64,000 bases of DNA from Macrostomum lignano (Eukaryota). The notes beneath the pieces are model-generated. The model saw only the letters and a program-made list of their open reading frames with translations, was not told where the DNA came from and ran no database searches. This document shows, piece by piece, positions 48,121 through 60,740 of this stretch (the first letter of the stretch is position 1; each line of letters starts with the position of its first letter). The position numbers and the translations under genes were made by a program. The stretch is from NCBI GenBank assembly GCA_002269645.1, contig NIVC01000396.1, positions 310,001 to 374,000 of the forward strand, written 5' to 3'.

Positions 48121-50759
48121 ACAAAATGCCAATTGACAAAGTGACTAGCACCCATCACATAATACCTTCAAAGTCAAGGATTGCCACTTCAGGGTCTAGG
48201 CACAACATTGTTAAGATATAGATAAAGATGCCTTAGTAGGCCCTATAATGGCATAGCCTTACTAAGATTTTCCTGTGATACGAAAGGCTACATTGACAAT
48301 AAGCAGGAAATCTATAATTTTGAATAATAAACTAATAAAATTCAAATTCCAACTTATCTAATATTAGGGCAAATGCCAGAGGTAGGCCTATTTGCTTAAT
48401 ACAGTCATCTTTTTTTATGTAAAAGTGCAATAAATATTGCTAAGTGAATGTCTTCTTAATAATGATAAACATTTTATCTAAGAACCATATAATGCATTGT
48501 GACTTATATTAGCAAAGTTATCTAGGCTTTAATTAGGAACAACAAATGCTGTCATCTGATAAGTTCAATGCAAATGTTTTCAAAAATGAATTTGTTAGGA
48601 AAGTGAGCCAAATCTAGCTCAAACTATTAGGTTGCAAAGAAAATATTTTGAGCAACTATAGTTTGCATTTTTAGCTAGCTATTTGATTAATAGCTTGTCA
48701 AGAACTCTTTGTAAGTCCTCATTAGACATTATATTACACAAATATTTTTTATGCTATTGCTTGAGTAGGTCAAAAGCAATTCCTCTTTGCTTCAGTTATA
48801 ACTCCTACTAGTTGCAACTTTTGCTTAGCAGCAATTGCAACATTAGGATTGTAAGTATATAGAGTGCCATTTTGGAATTGACCATTTATTGCTTGTTTTG
48901 CTATTCTTGGACAAATGGTACCCCTTTATATTTTATGCATCTCCTGTATGTCATACCAGCTTGGCTATAATTACAACTTAGCAAATATTTAGCATTATAC
49001 AAATTTGGTGAAAAGCATCTTTCTCTCTTTGACTAACATTATAAAGGACTTTATAACATATTTCTTGCGATTTTTGATAAGAAAAGACTGCATTAATATT
49101 TAAACAAGGGAGCTCTTTGCAATTACTAATGGCATTTCAGAGGCTGGACATTAGCATATAGCTTAGGGCCTATCTAACAATAAATAATCATCTAACTCAG
49201 CTATAGTCTACTGAACTAGTGCTGGATTCGCATTGTCAAGTTGAACAATAAGCTAAGTGTTAAGCTACTCAACTATAGCTAGATTTACATTACCAAGTTG
49301 TGATAAACCAAGCATTTTTATCACAACTACATTACAATTACTTGTAATTTCATGCATTTATACTAATTGCGCAGGACCAATGAAAGTCAGTTTAGACTAA
49401 CTGATAAACACCCTATTCTGTGCTACTAGTATTGACAACTATCACATTGAAAGCCATGTTGCTTTGGTCAAACTTCTTTGTGACAAACAATGCATATTTG
49501 TTTTTGTGTTTTATTAGGGCTTTATACATTAGTTTATATTTCATTGACTCTGTAGATTTTTCCCCTATTTATTTAATTAATTAACTATAAAAGTGTTGCA
49601 GGAGTACTTAATATTCAGTGTAAGCATATATATATATATCTTACATTTATACAATATATATGTATATTATCTTAAGATCATAGAACTAAATGTACACTGT
49701 ATATTATATAGGATACACAATGTACACATATGATTGAAAAATTATTCAGTTGCCTTGGCCTAAAAGTTCATTTAATTTGATTATAAATCATTTTGTTGGC
49801 AAATAAGAATATTGCTACCATGAGCTAAGCTCTGCATAGCCAATGCAACACAATATAACAATTTAGTGAATGTAGCATTGTTTAATACTAAGATGATGAT
49901 AATTTAAATAATTTAGTTCTTTTTCCTATAAGCTACATATGAAAATCTCAAATATGAAAACCTTGGCCAGAACCATCTTATTAGTGCAAAAAAACAATTT
50001 TAATAATATTCAAGTTAGGGCATTTCTAAAAAGTTTTTTCTTGAATATTACCAATTAGATTCCTAAAAAAGCAAAAAATCTAACAAGTTTTTTTAGAAGT
50101 TTTTAGATCTATCTCCTTTTTGTCTCAATCTTTAGTGAAATTGTAACTTATAAATTTGTTAATGCAGTTATAAACAGTTTTTAAGATAGCCATTAGAGTA
50201 GAAAATTATTCGTTTTTTTGTTTCTTTATGAAAATTTTCCCATAAGCTATAGACAATAAAAGTTCTTTGCAACAAAGATTGGGCAAAGAGCATCGAAAGA
50301 AAGGAGGCCAGTGAAAATAGCTAGTTTGAACCTAGCATCCCAAAAATATTTTGTTTTCATACACATAATTGTCCTATTATTTTGGTCTACTAGTTAAACA
50401 TTATTTTTTTCAACTTGGTAGCTTATAGGTTTAAATGTAGAAACTTAATATTTATCTAGCAGTAAGTGCTATTATCTCTAGATACTTGTAGTTAGCTTTT
50501 TTAGTATATAGTACGAGGCCAACTCCTCCGATGGAGGAGAAAGGGGAAGAACTCCCATCACCGGAATTCCATTCCCTAAACTCCATCAGCTGAATCCCAA
50601 GACCCGAATATCATCTAAGTGTTCTCCAAATCCATCAAAATCCTCTCCGTGAAACTGAACACCATCGAAATCCTCTCCGCGAAACAGAAATCCTCTCCGT
50701 GAAACTGGACTCAATCGAAAGTTTCTCCGTCAAACAACTCAACTCTCAGGATTCTGTGG

Positions 50760-50783
50760 TTAGGGTTAGGGTTAGGGTTAGGG
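50760..50783 (+). repeat. Interstitial telomeric repeat (TTAGGG)4
   Basis: Direct reading; inside Helitron unit 1. Confidence 0.92.
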
Positions 50784-52049
50784 TTGGAGCTTCACAGAGC
50801 TGCGTGTTAAAAGGCACCGATAATAAAACATTGAACCAATTGAATCAATTGATTGCGCAACCGATTTCTCAGTCAGTCAGTATCAGTCTCAGTTAAAGTT
50901 AACAAAAAGTTAAGTTAACAAAAAGTTTGCGCAATCTAAATCAACCCTCCAATACAAAGCGACTGACCCCCTTCCTATACACAGCGCTAGTTAGAAGTTG
51001 AAACCCCCAACTTTATCTCTCACCTCTCGCCAAAATGAGTACAATCTTTGCAGCAAGTTAAAAGTACGGAAAAGTTTTTTTGAATGCTGTGCTTTTTCTT
51101 TTCACATTTAAAGCAAACAACTTATATCCTTGAACTCAGCGTTGCAAGATCTTTCCAGCAATATAAGTATCTTCTCTAAAAGTTTAGAAATCGAAGAGCA
51201 GTTAGTGTTTTAAAATTCTTGATTAAAAGCATTCAAATATCGAGTGTACGTTCACTGCCTGCTAAAGTGGCTCGCAAGTTTATTCATTGAATTTCACTAC
51301 CCAGCTATTACACAGGGCAGCCTATTAAAAGGCAGAACTCATATCATTGCGCAATTGTCTATACAGTCAGCCAGTGCGCAAGGGTCCAAGTGTACACACG
51401 CCGCCACTGAGAACGGCCCCATCCTCCGACTGGAGAGAAAATGCACTGCCGAGATAGGAGAAAGTTATGGCGCAATCACTCAAAATTGATACATTTTTTC
51501 AGCTCCGAGCAGAAAGAGGGGACAAATAAGATTATCAAAGGTCAAGATTGCAGTTTTCTGCTTTTTTAGGGATCTTAACAATCTAAAATAAAATATTAAA
51601 ATAGCCTATAGCCCGACCCGGAAAATTTGCAGTTTCCCCATATAAGTTTCGACGCTGACTTGCCAGTATTCTAGGAGAAAAATTTCGACGCTGACTTGCC
51701 AGTATTCTAGGAGAAAAATTGCAACACACAGACAAACAGACAAACAGACAAACATCGCACCACTTTTAGTATTAAGAGGAGAAAAATTGCAACACACAGA
51801 CAAACAGACAAACAGACAAACATCGCACCACTTTTAGTATTAAGATAAGAAAGAAGACAGACAAACATCGCACCAGTTTTAGTATTAGGAGAGTGGAACT
51901 CCTCCTTTCGGAGGAGAAAGGGGAAGAACTCCCATCACCGGAATTCCATTCCCTGAAATATCCATCAACTGAAATTCCATGTCTTGAACCCTATCTTCCA
52001 AATCGTCTCCAAATTCTTTACAAACCTTTCAAAGACCATAGCTCAAAGA

Positions 52050-52375
52050 CTCTTACGTCTCTCATATCTCCTCTCTCCTCTCTTCGCTATTATCGTGACT
52101 CTCTTCTCTCTCCTCTCTCTCATCTCATCTCATCTCTACCCCTACTCCCTTATTTATCTCTTCTCCCTCGTCTTTCGTCTGTACCCTCTTCTGTCTCTTG
52201 TCTCCTCTCTTCTCTCATATCTCTCCTCTTCTCTTCTATCTCCTTCGTTCCCGCCTTACTCCCCTCTTCTCTTCCATCTGTCATGTCTAATCTCTCCACT
52301 CATTTCTACTCTGTTTTCTATCATCTCATCTCTCTTCTCTTTTCATTCTTCTCTTTACTCTCTTCTCTGACTGAT
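52050..52375. repeat. CT-rich low-complexity polypyrimidine tract
   Basis: Degenerate TCTC/CCTCT runs present in Helitron unit 2 only. Confidence 0.85.
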
Positions 52376-52708
52376 TGAAGATGCCAAATCCATCAAGATC
52401 CTCTCCGCGAAGCAGAAAAATCCTGTCCGTGCAACTGAAAACCATCGAAATCCTCTCCGTGAAACTGGAATCCTTCGAAATCCACTCCTTGAAACTTAAA
52501 TCCATCAAAATCGTCTCCATAAAACAGAAATCAATCATAAATTATCTCCGCGAAACAGAAATCCTCTCCGTGAAACTGAACATCATCGAAATCCTCTCCA
52601 CGAAACAGAAATCCTCTCCGTCAAAATTAAAACATTGAAATCGTCTCCGGTAAACTGGACTCAATCGAATTTTTTCCATCAAACAACTCAACTCTCCGGA
52701 TTCATTGG

Positions 52709-52742
52709 TTAGGGTTAGGGTTAGGGTTAGGGTTAGGGTTAG
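52709..52742 (+). repeat. Interstitial telomeric repeat (TTAGGG)5
   Basis: Direct reading; homologous position in Helitron unit 2. Confidence 0.92.
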
Positions 52743-55700
52743 AACTACGCACAGCTTCGTGTTAAAAGGCACTGATAAAAATATTGAACTAATTGAATCA
52801 ATTCATTGCGCAACCGATTTCACAGTCAGTCAGTATCAGTCTCAGTTAAATTTAAAAACAAAAACATTGTGCAATCTAAATCAACCCTCCAATACACAGC
52901 AGCAGGGAGAAGTTGAACCCTTCCCCCAACTTTATCTATTACGTCTCGCAAAACTGAGTATAATTTTTGCAGAAAGTTAAAAGTATGGAAATAGTTTTTT
53001 AAATGCGGTGCTTTTTCTTATCATATTTAAAGCAAACAACTTTTATCCCCGAACTCAGCATTGCAAGATCTTTCCAGCAATATAAGTTTCTCCTCTCAAA
53101 GTTTAAAACTCGAGGAACAGTTAGCGTTTGAAATTTACTGATTTCCCAACTGCTTGCTAGAGAAGCTCGCAAGTTTATTCATTGAATTTCCCTGCCAAAC
53201 TAATACACAGGGCTGCCTATAGAGAAAAAAGGCGCCAATAATAAAACCAATTGAATCTCGACACAGTCCTGACTCCTGACTCCTATCTATCTGTTTACAC
53301 TGTACAACTGCTATGTACACTCAGCCCAAGCCCAACCCCCCGTTCTGGGGGAAGCATTAAATTTAACTCAACCCCCCTCCCCAACACGCGGGGGGTTTTA
53401 TTTCCACTCGCACCCACCACCCCTCAATACACAGCGGCCCGCGGGCGGAGGTTGGGGTGGCTATTTTTACAAACTGGCTGCAGCCCCAGGCAGAGTGGCC
53501 AAAGAAGGTTATTGGGGGTTAAAAAAGCAGTTTTCTGCTTTTTTAGGGATGTTAAAATGTGAAAATTAAAAATTAAAATAGCCTAAAGCCTGCTCCGGAA
53601 AATTTGCAGTTTTCCCATATAAGTTTCGACGTTGACTTGGCAGAATTGTAGGAGTTCACTTAATGCATACAGACAGACAGACAAACATCGCGTCAGTTTT
53701 AGTATAAGGATTATTAGTATATTTAGATATATCCTATTTTCTAGTCTTATCAAATGATCTTATTACCTGGTCTTCCTAAGGTTCTTCTTTTTCATGTCTG
53801 CTATTTTCTTTAATATATTCAAAGAGTTTGCATTTGCACTATTGCTCCTGCATAGCTTTTAAGTGCCTTTCTGCATTATAGCTCCTTATCCTTATGACTC
53901 TCAAATGTGACTTTAATTTAAGGGATCAAACTCAAGTAGTTGATTAGGCTTTAATATCTTGCTACTTAGGCTAGTTTTTTCTTTATAGTTATATGATGAT
54001 ATTAGCGATCTACTACTATTAGTAATCTCCAATGGTTACCCATTGTTTACTGCAATGAAAGCAGTCTATAGGTAATGAATGTGCTATAAGGCAAAGCACA
54101 GATTTGACTTAACTGCAATAGATTGAGCAACAACTTGTCTATGGTGTAGCCAGCCAACCAAAGACCTTCCAATTTTGTAAGAAGCTGCACAATCGACTGA
54201 AACCAAACCATTTATTTCAGTCAGCAATGTCCCAGTCAGCGCTGCTGTGCTGTCTAGCTGCTGTCCTGGCCACGACAGCCACTGACGTCAGCGCCATCAT
54301 TCAGCATCAGGCGCCGAATTATTTTAGCCAGAAGGTGTCAACGCCTCATCCAGAGATAACCCGCGTCCACCTGATGTTTATGAATCACCTGGACGTTGGC
54401 TTCAGCCTGCCATCGGAAATTGGCTATTCGGCCAATGTGATCAACGCATATTTAAACGTTTATTTCGAACGGGCCGCCAATGTCAGCCGGGATTTGCGCA
54501 AATTCGGCTATCTGGAGACTTTCTCCTACCTGGCGCATCCCTGGATGCTGGAGATGTTCTTTGACTGTCCGCAGAATGTGTCGCTGCAGGGCATCAAAAT
54601 CCAGTGCCCGTCGCAGGCCACTGTTGACTACGTGGCCCAGGCTGTCAAGGAGGGCGCCATCCAGTGGCACGCCGGCTCTATGAATGTGCAATACGAGACC
54701 TGCCTGACCCCCAACTTGCTGCAGGTGAGGCCAGTGGGCAGAGTAGCGCTAAAATGTTAGCAGTGTCCGACTCCAGCCTCTGGTCCACATCAAATTAGGG
54801 TTTTTCTTGACCGAAAATTCACTTGTGAGCTTGTCATACAGTTCACGCCCACGAGGGCCAACCCCACAAAGGCGCAGAGGGTGTGTACATGTCTCGTGAT
54901 CGGCTCCTTTGAGTGTGCATATTCTGCAGCTGTGGCGTTGGGGGGGGGACAGTGTACACACACCCTGGCGCACTTTAAGCAAGAGGCATTACTGCCCATT
55001 TTGCCGAATCCCCTGAGCAGGCACACACTCGCACAGGAGTGTACAGCGGCCCTGACTTTATTTGTTAGGCATGTACACTTCACTGCGATTCCAATTTAGC
55101 CCCGGATTATTAATGTGACTGCACTTGGAATCGAGCCTGGGCCGCTGGCATATCAGAGCGCCGCGCTGGAACACTTGGCTACCACTGGCTAGACCACTGC
55201 CCCCCTGTCCCCGGTCCCTCAGATCAGCCTGGACTCCGCCAAGCGGTTGGACGCCAAGTTCGGCATCAAGCGGAAGCTGAGCGCCGTCTCCCTACGCGAC
55301 GTGCCCGGTCTGACCCGGGCGGCCATCGACCTGATGGCTAAAAACGGCATAGTGGCGGTGACCAACGGCATCAACTGGGCCTGCCCGTCCGTTGATCTCG
55401 GCAGTCCCGACTTGAAATTCGTTCGCTGGCGTTCGCCCGACACCGGCAACGAGATCTTTTATAACAAAATCCCCGGCGGCTATCCCGGCAATCCGGGCCC
55501 GGACCCCAATCACCCGGGCGGCCTGGACTTCAGCAACTGCCTGCAGGCGCCCGGCACTACTGAGATTCAGTGCTGGGCCTTTCGCAGCGACAACAGCGGC
55601 CCGCCTGTTGACTATAAAGAGGTAATGCATTCTTAATCTGATTTTTAAACTCAAAATAGTAAGAACTAGCGCATCAAGCCCTCATGGGGACATTCAAATT

Positions 55701-55814
55701 GAAAATTCAAATATTGAAAGCATTAAAAAACATTGTTTTTCGATATTTGACCCACTTCTAATTGTGGTATAAGTGTTATATTTGCCACTGAATATAAATA
55801 TGAATATGAAGTGC

Positions 55815-57262
55815 TGGATGATACTGTAAGAAGTGCTGTAGGATACTGTAGCAAGTGCTGTATGGTACTGTAGCAAGTGCTGTATGGTACTGTAGCAAGT
55901 GCTGTAGGATACTGTAGCAAGTGCTGTATGGTACTGTAGCAAGTGCTGTAGGATACTGTAGCAAGTGCTGTGGGATACTGTAGCAAGTGCTGTGGGATAC
56001 TGTAGCAAGTGCTGTGGGATACTGTAGCAAGTGCTGTATGGTACTGTAGCAAGTGCTGTGGGATACTGTAGCAAGTGCTGTGGGATACTGTAGCAAGTGC
56101 TGTATGGTACTGTAGCAAGTGCTGTAGGATACTGTAGCAAGTGCTGTGGGATACTGTAGCAAGTGCTGTATGGTACTGTAGCAAGTGCTGTATGGTACTG
56201 TAGCAAGTGCTGTGGGATACTGTAGCAAGTGCTGTGGGATACTGTAGCAAGTGCTGTATGGTACTGTAGCAAGTGCTGTAGGATACTGTAGCAAGTGCTG
56301 TATGGTACTGTAGCAAGTGCTGTATGGTACTGTAGCAAGTGCTGTATGGTACTGTAGCAAGTGCTGTAGGATACTGTAGCAAGTGCTGTGGGATACTGTA
56401 GCAAGTGCTGTGGGATACTGTAGCAAGTGCTGTAGGATACTGTAGCAAGTGCTGTATGGTACTGTAGCAAGTGCTGTATGGTACTGTAGCAAGTGCTGTA
56501 TGGTACTGTAGCAAGTGCTGTATGGTACTGTAGCAAGTGCTGTAGGATACTGTAGCAAGTGCTGTATGGTACTGTAGCAAGTGCTGTATGGTACTGTAGC
56601 AAGTGCTGTATGGTACTGTAGCAAGTGCTGTATGGTACTGTAGCAAGTGCTGTATGGTACTGTAGCAAGTGCTGTAGGATACTGTAGCAAGTGCTGTGGG
56701 ATACTGTAGCAAGTGCTGTATGGTACTGTAGCAAGTGCTGTAGGATACTGTAGCAAGTGCTGTAGGATACTGTAGCAAGTGCTGTGGGATACTGTAGCAA
56801 GTGCTGTATGGTACTGTAGGAAGTGCTGTAGGATACTGTAGCAAGTGCTGTATGGTACTGTAGCAAGTGCTGTATGGTACTGTAGCAAGTGCTGTATGGT
56901 ACTGTAGCAAGTGCTGTATGGTACTGTAGCAAGTGCTGTAGGATACTGTAGCAAGTGCTGTAGGATACTGTAGCAAGTGCTGTAGGATACTGTAGCAAGT
57001 GCTGTAGGATACTGTAGCAAGTGCTGTAGGATACTGTAGCAAGTGCTGTATGGTACTGTAGCAAGTGCTGTGGGATACTGTAGCAAGTGCTGTAGGATAC
57101 TGTAGCAAGTGCTGTATGGTACTGTAGCAAGTGCTGTATGGTACTGTAGCAAGTGCTGTAGGATACTGTAGCAAGTGCTGTATGGTACTGTAGCAAGTGC
57201 TGTATGGTACTGTAGCAAGTGCTGTATGGTACTGTAGCAAGTGCTGTATGGTACTGTAGCAG
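55815..57262. repeat. Intron-2 22-bp minisatellite, ~65 copies, right arm
   Basis: Unit GTACTGTAGCAAGTGCTGTATG and variants; about 4x longer than in the left arm. Confidence 0.95.
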
Positions 57263-57854
57263 TAGTACAAGTGCTGTAAGTGACCAATGCTAATTAAGAA
57301 GCATCTCTATACCTGAACTGGTTCAACGCCGCAACACGCACAACAGGTGCTGTCCAACTACGAGGTGCTGCGCGGCCAGTACCCCAACGCTGCCATCTCG
57401 GCTTCCACTATGGAGAAATTCTGGTCCCTAGTGCTGGCTAACAGAGACTCGGTGCCCGTGTTCACTAAAGAGAATGGCGACACCTGGCTGCAGGGCGATC
57501 AGGCGGATTTCCATCGCATGGCCAGGTACCGCGCCATCGCCCGCGCCCTGGACACCTGCGTCTCGGCCGGCGCCTGCCAGCTGGAGTCGCCGGACATGAT
57601 CATGTTCAGCCGCTGGATTGCTAAAGCTGCCGAGCACACCTACGGCCTTAACGGTGTGTGGGACTATGTGCACTACAGCAATTTGGACTTCTACAGTGTT
57701 ATGCAGAATGACAATTTCCGGCACGGAGTGTCATCTTGGCTTGAGCAGCGGCAGTTCCTGCAGTTGGCTGTGAGTGCTGCTTTCATATCAATACCAGTGG
57801 CGATCCAGGATTTTGGAATGGGAGCTAGGGAGGGTCGCTTTCCCAAGTGCGAAG

Positions 57855-58685
57855 CTTCACAAGCTCGAAACTTCATGAGCTCGGATCTTCACAAGTTCGA
57901 AACTTCATAAGCTCGAAACTTCATGAGCTCGGATCTTCACAGGTTCGAAACTTCATAAGCTCGAAACTTCATGAGCTCGGATCTTCACAAGTTCGAAACT
58001 TCATGAGCTCGAATCTTCATGAGCTCGGATCTTCACAGGTTCGAAACTTCACAAGCTCGGATCTTCACAAGTGCGAAGCTTCACAAGCTCGGATCTTCAC
58101 AAGTTCGAAACGTCATGAGCTCGGATCTTCACAAGTTCGAAACTTCATAAGCTCGAAACTTCACAAGTTCGAAACTTCATGAGCTCTAAACTTCATGAGC
58201 TCGGATCTTCACAAGTTCGAAACGTCATGAGCTCGAAACTTCATGAGCTCGGATCTTCACAAGTTCGAAACTTCATAAGCTCGAAACTTCACAAGTTCGA
58301 AACTTCATGAGCTCGAAACTTCATGAGCTCGGATCTTCACAAGTTCGAAACTTCATAAGCTCGAAACTTTACAAGTTCGAAACTTCATGAGCTCGAAACT
58401 TCACAAGCTCGGATCTTCACAAGTTCGAAACGTCATGAGCTCGAATCTTCACAAGTTCGAAACTTCATGAGCTCGAAACTTCACAAGTTCGAAACTTCAT
58501 AAGCTCGAAACTTTACAAGTTCGAAACTTCATGAGCTCGAAACTTCACAAGTTCGAAACTTCATGAGCTCGAAACTTCACAAGTTCGAAACTTCATAAGC
58601 TCGAAACTTTACAAGTTCGAAACTTCATGAGCTCGGATCTTCACAAGTTCGAAACTTCATGAGCTCGAAACTTCATAAGCTCAAA
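57855..58685. repeat. Intron-3 palindrome-rich minisatellite, right arm
   Basis: AAGTTCGAAACTTCATGAGCTCG-type subunits. Confidence 0.9.
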
Positions 58686-59349
58686 TCTTCACATGATCAC
58701 ATGCCATCAAAAGGCGTGAATCACTCAGGCCAAGTTTTTTTTCGCACACCTGCCTCTAATTAGCAGCTAAAATGTACTTTTCAATCCCCCTCCCCAACTA
58801 TATCCACAGGTGGACGCCGCCCCACCCAAGCTGGCCTCGTACATCGCGGCTGAGCTGGCCCCCTAGCCGACGAATTCCCCGGCGTTGGCGCCAATTTCTC
58901 CAGGCTGAACGACACCGCCTGGGGCCGGCCGCTGACTGCCGGCGGGCCCTACCGGGTGGTCTTCGACCGCCGCGCCGGCCTGGCCCGCTTCTCCATCGAC
59001 TCCGGCGCCACCTGGCACCAGGGCGGCGGCGCCTTTGTCTACCGGACCTACAATGAGAGCGACACGGCTTTTTTCCTGCGCTATTACACCAATCCCAATG
59101 GGGATAACACGGGCTTTGGCAAGTACAATAGCACCCAGAATGCTCACCCGGTGTCGCAGTTCTGGTCAATTAGTGCTGCGGCCATCTACCAGCATAGCAG
59201 CCAGTCCACCTTCGCTGTGCAGTTCTTAATGGACGATCCACAGAGCTCGGTGAGGCATCGTGGTTTGAAGGATTGGTTGCTGGGGTGTCGGATTAGTGTT
59301 TTATAAACCCAAAATAAACACCTGGAGTATAAATGGAGTATAAAATCAT

Positions 59350-59760
59350 CGACCTGTTATGATTGGGACCTGTTACGGAGCCTAAATTGGGACCTGTTAT
59401 GGAGTCCAAAATGGGACTTGTTATGGAGTCTTAATTGGGACCTGTTATGGAGTCAAAAACGGGACGTGTTATGGAGTCTAAAATGGGACCTGTTATGGAG
59501 TCCAAAATGGGACTTGTTATGGAGTCTTAATTGGGACCTGTTATGGAGTCAAAAACGGGACCTGTTATGGAGTCTAAAATGGGACCTGTTATGGAGTCTG
59601 AATTAGGATCTGTTATGGAGTCCGAAATGGGACTTGTTATGGAGTCTTAATTGGGACCTGTTATGGAGTCAAAAACGGGATCTGTTATGGAGTCTGAAAT
59701 GAGACCTGTTATGAAGTCTAAATTAGGGCCTGTTATGGAGTCTTAATTGGGACCTGTTGG
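59350..59760. repeat. Intron-4 24-bp minisatellite, right arm
   Basis: GTTATGGAGTC-based monomers; same length and variant order as the left arm. Confidence 0.9.
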
Positions 59761-60182
59761 CCTTCTATGATGCGTTACATCGTGTTTAGAAAAATATTTA
59801 GTTTAGTGTGAAAATTTTATGACTGGTGTAAAATATCCGAATCGGCATAAAAGTACAGAACAATGCAGGCACGTCTTTGTCACCCCCCCCCCAGGTGAAA
59901 TACGGCGCCCCGGCCAGCATGTGGGCCATGTACAACTTCACTGGCACCGGCTACACTCTGCACAGCTGGTCGCTAAGCAAAACTCCCACCCGCCTGATGG
60001 AGGCTTTCTATATTGACTTCCCAAAGCCGCCTGGCGCCCTGGCCGTGCTTAATAAGCTGGGTCACGATATCGCCGTTGGCCAGGTGGCCGCCAACGGCAG
60101 CGTCTGGCAGCACATGGTTGGCCACTCGCCGTACAGCGTCGCCTTCCGTCAGCAGGTAAAGTCTGTTCCCGGTTTTAAGAAA

Positions 60183-60740
60183 ATCTCCCTCTAAACACGT
60201 CAAAATCTCCCTCTAATCCCATGTCAAAATGTCCCTCTAATCCCATGTCAAATCTCTCGAATCCCATGTCAAATCTCCCTCTAATCCCATGTCAAAATCA
60301 CCCTCTAATCCCATGTCAAAATCACCCTCTAATCCCATGTCAAAATCACCCTCTAATCCCATGTCAAATCTCTCTCGAATCCCATGTCAAATCTCTCTCG
60401 AATCCCATGTCAAATCTCTCTAAAAGCATGTCAAATCTCCCTCTAATCCCTTATTAAAATCTCTCTAAAAGCATGTCAAATCTCTCTCTAATCCCTTATC
60501 AAAATCTCTCTAAAAGCATGTCAAATCTCTCTCTAATCCCTTATTAAAATTTCTCTAAAAGCATGTCAAATCTCTCTCTAATCCCTTATCAAAATCTCTC
60601 TAAAAGCATGTCAAATCTCCCTCTAATCCATTATCAAAATCTCTCTAGAAGCATGTCAAATCTCCCTCTAATCCATTATCAAAATCTCTCTAAAAGCATG
60701 TCAAATCTCTCTCTAATCCCTTATCAAAACCTCCCTCTAA
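60183..60740. repeat. Intron-5 minisatellite, right arm
   Basis: CATGTCAAATCTCTCTCTAATCCC-type units. Confidence 0.9.

Larger units (their letters stand above)
50514..53710 (-). mobile_element. Two head-to-tail non-autonomous Helitron-like units (50514-51890 and 51891-53710)
   Basis: Minus-strand 5' ends TCCT(A/T)ATACTAAAA followed by TGTC/TTTG microsatellite. 3' hairpins CTCCTCC-loop-GGAGGAG at 50523-39 and 51899-916. Outer end CTCG; insertion between A and T; no TIR or TSD. The architecture resembles Lep1-type Helitrons. Confidence 0.7.

Noticed and set aside
51893-52980. Leu/Ser-rich ORFs and VRVRVR ORFs
   Set aside because: Translations of the CT-rich tract and the TTAGGG repeats.
14901-54036. 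Inverted duplication as a fold-back read artefact
   Set aside because: The arms are 39 kb apart and differ by many substitutions, in-frame indels and array lengths; haplotype mis-joining is not fully excluded.
55694-57287. Three ~500-aa ORFs (LQYHTALATVSYSTC...) and equivalents at 12696-13179
   Set aside because: Stop-free readings of the 22-bp intronic minisatellite, open in all three frames; not genes.
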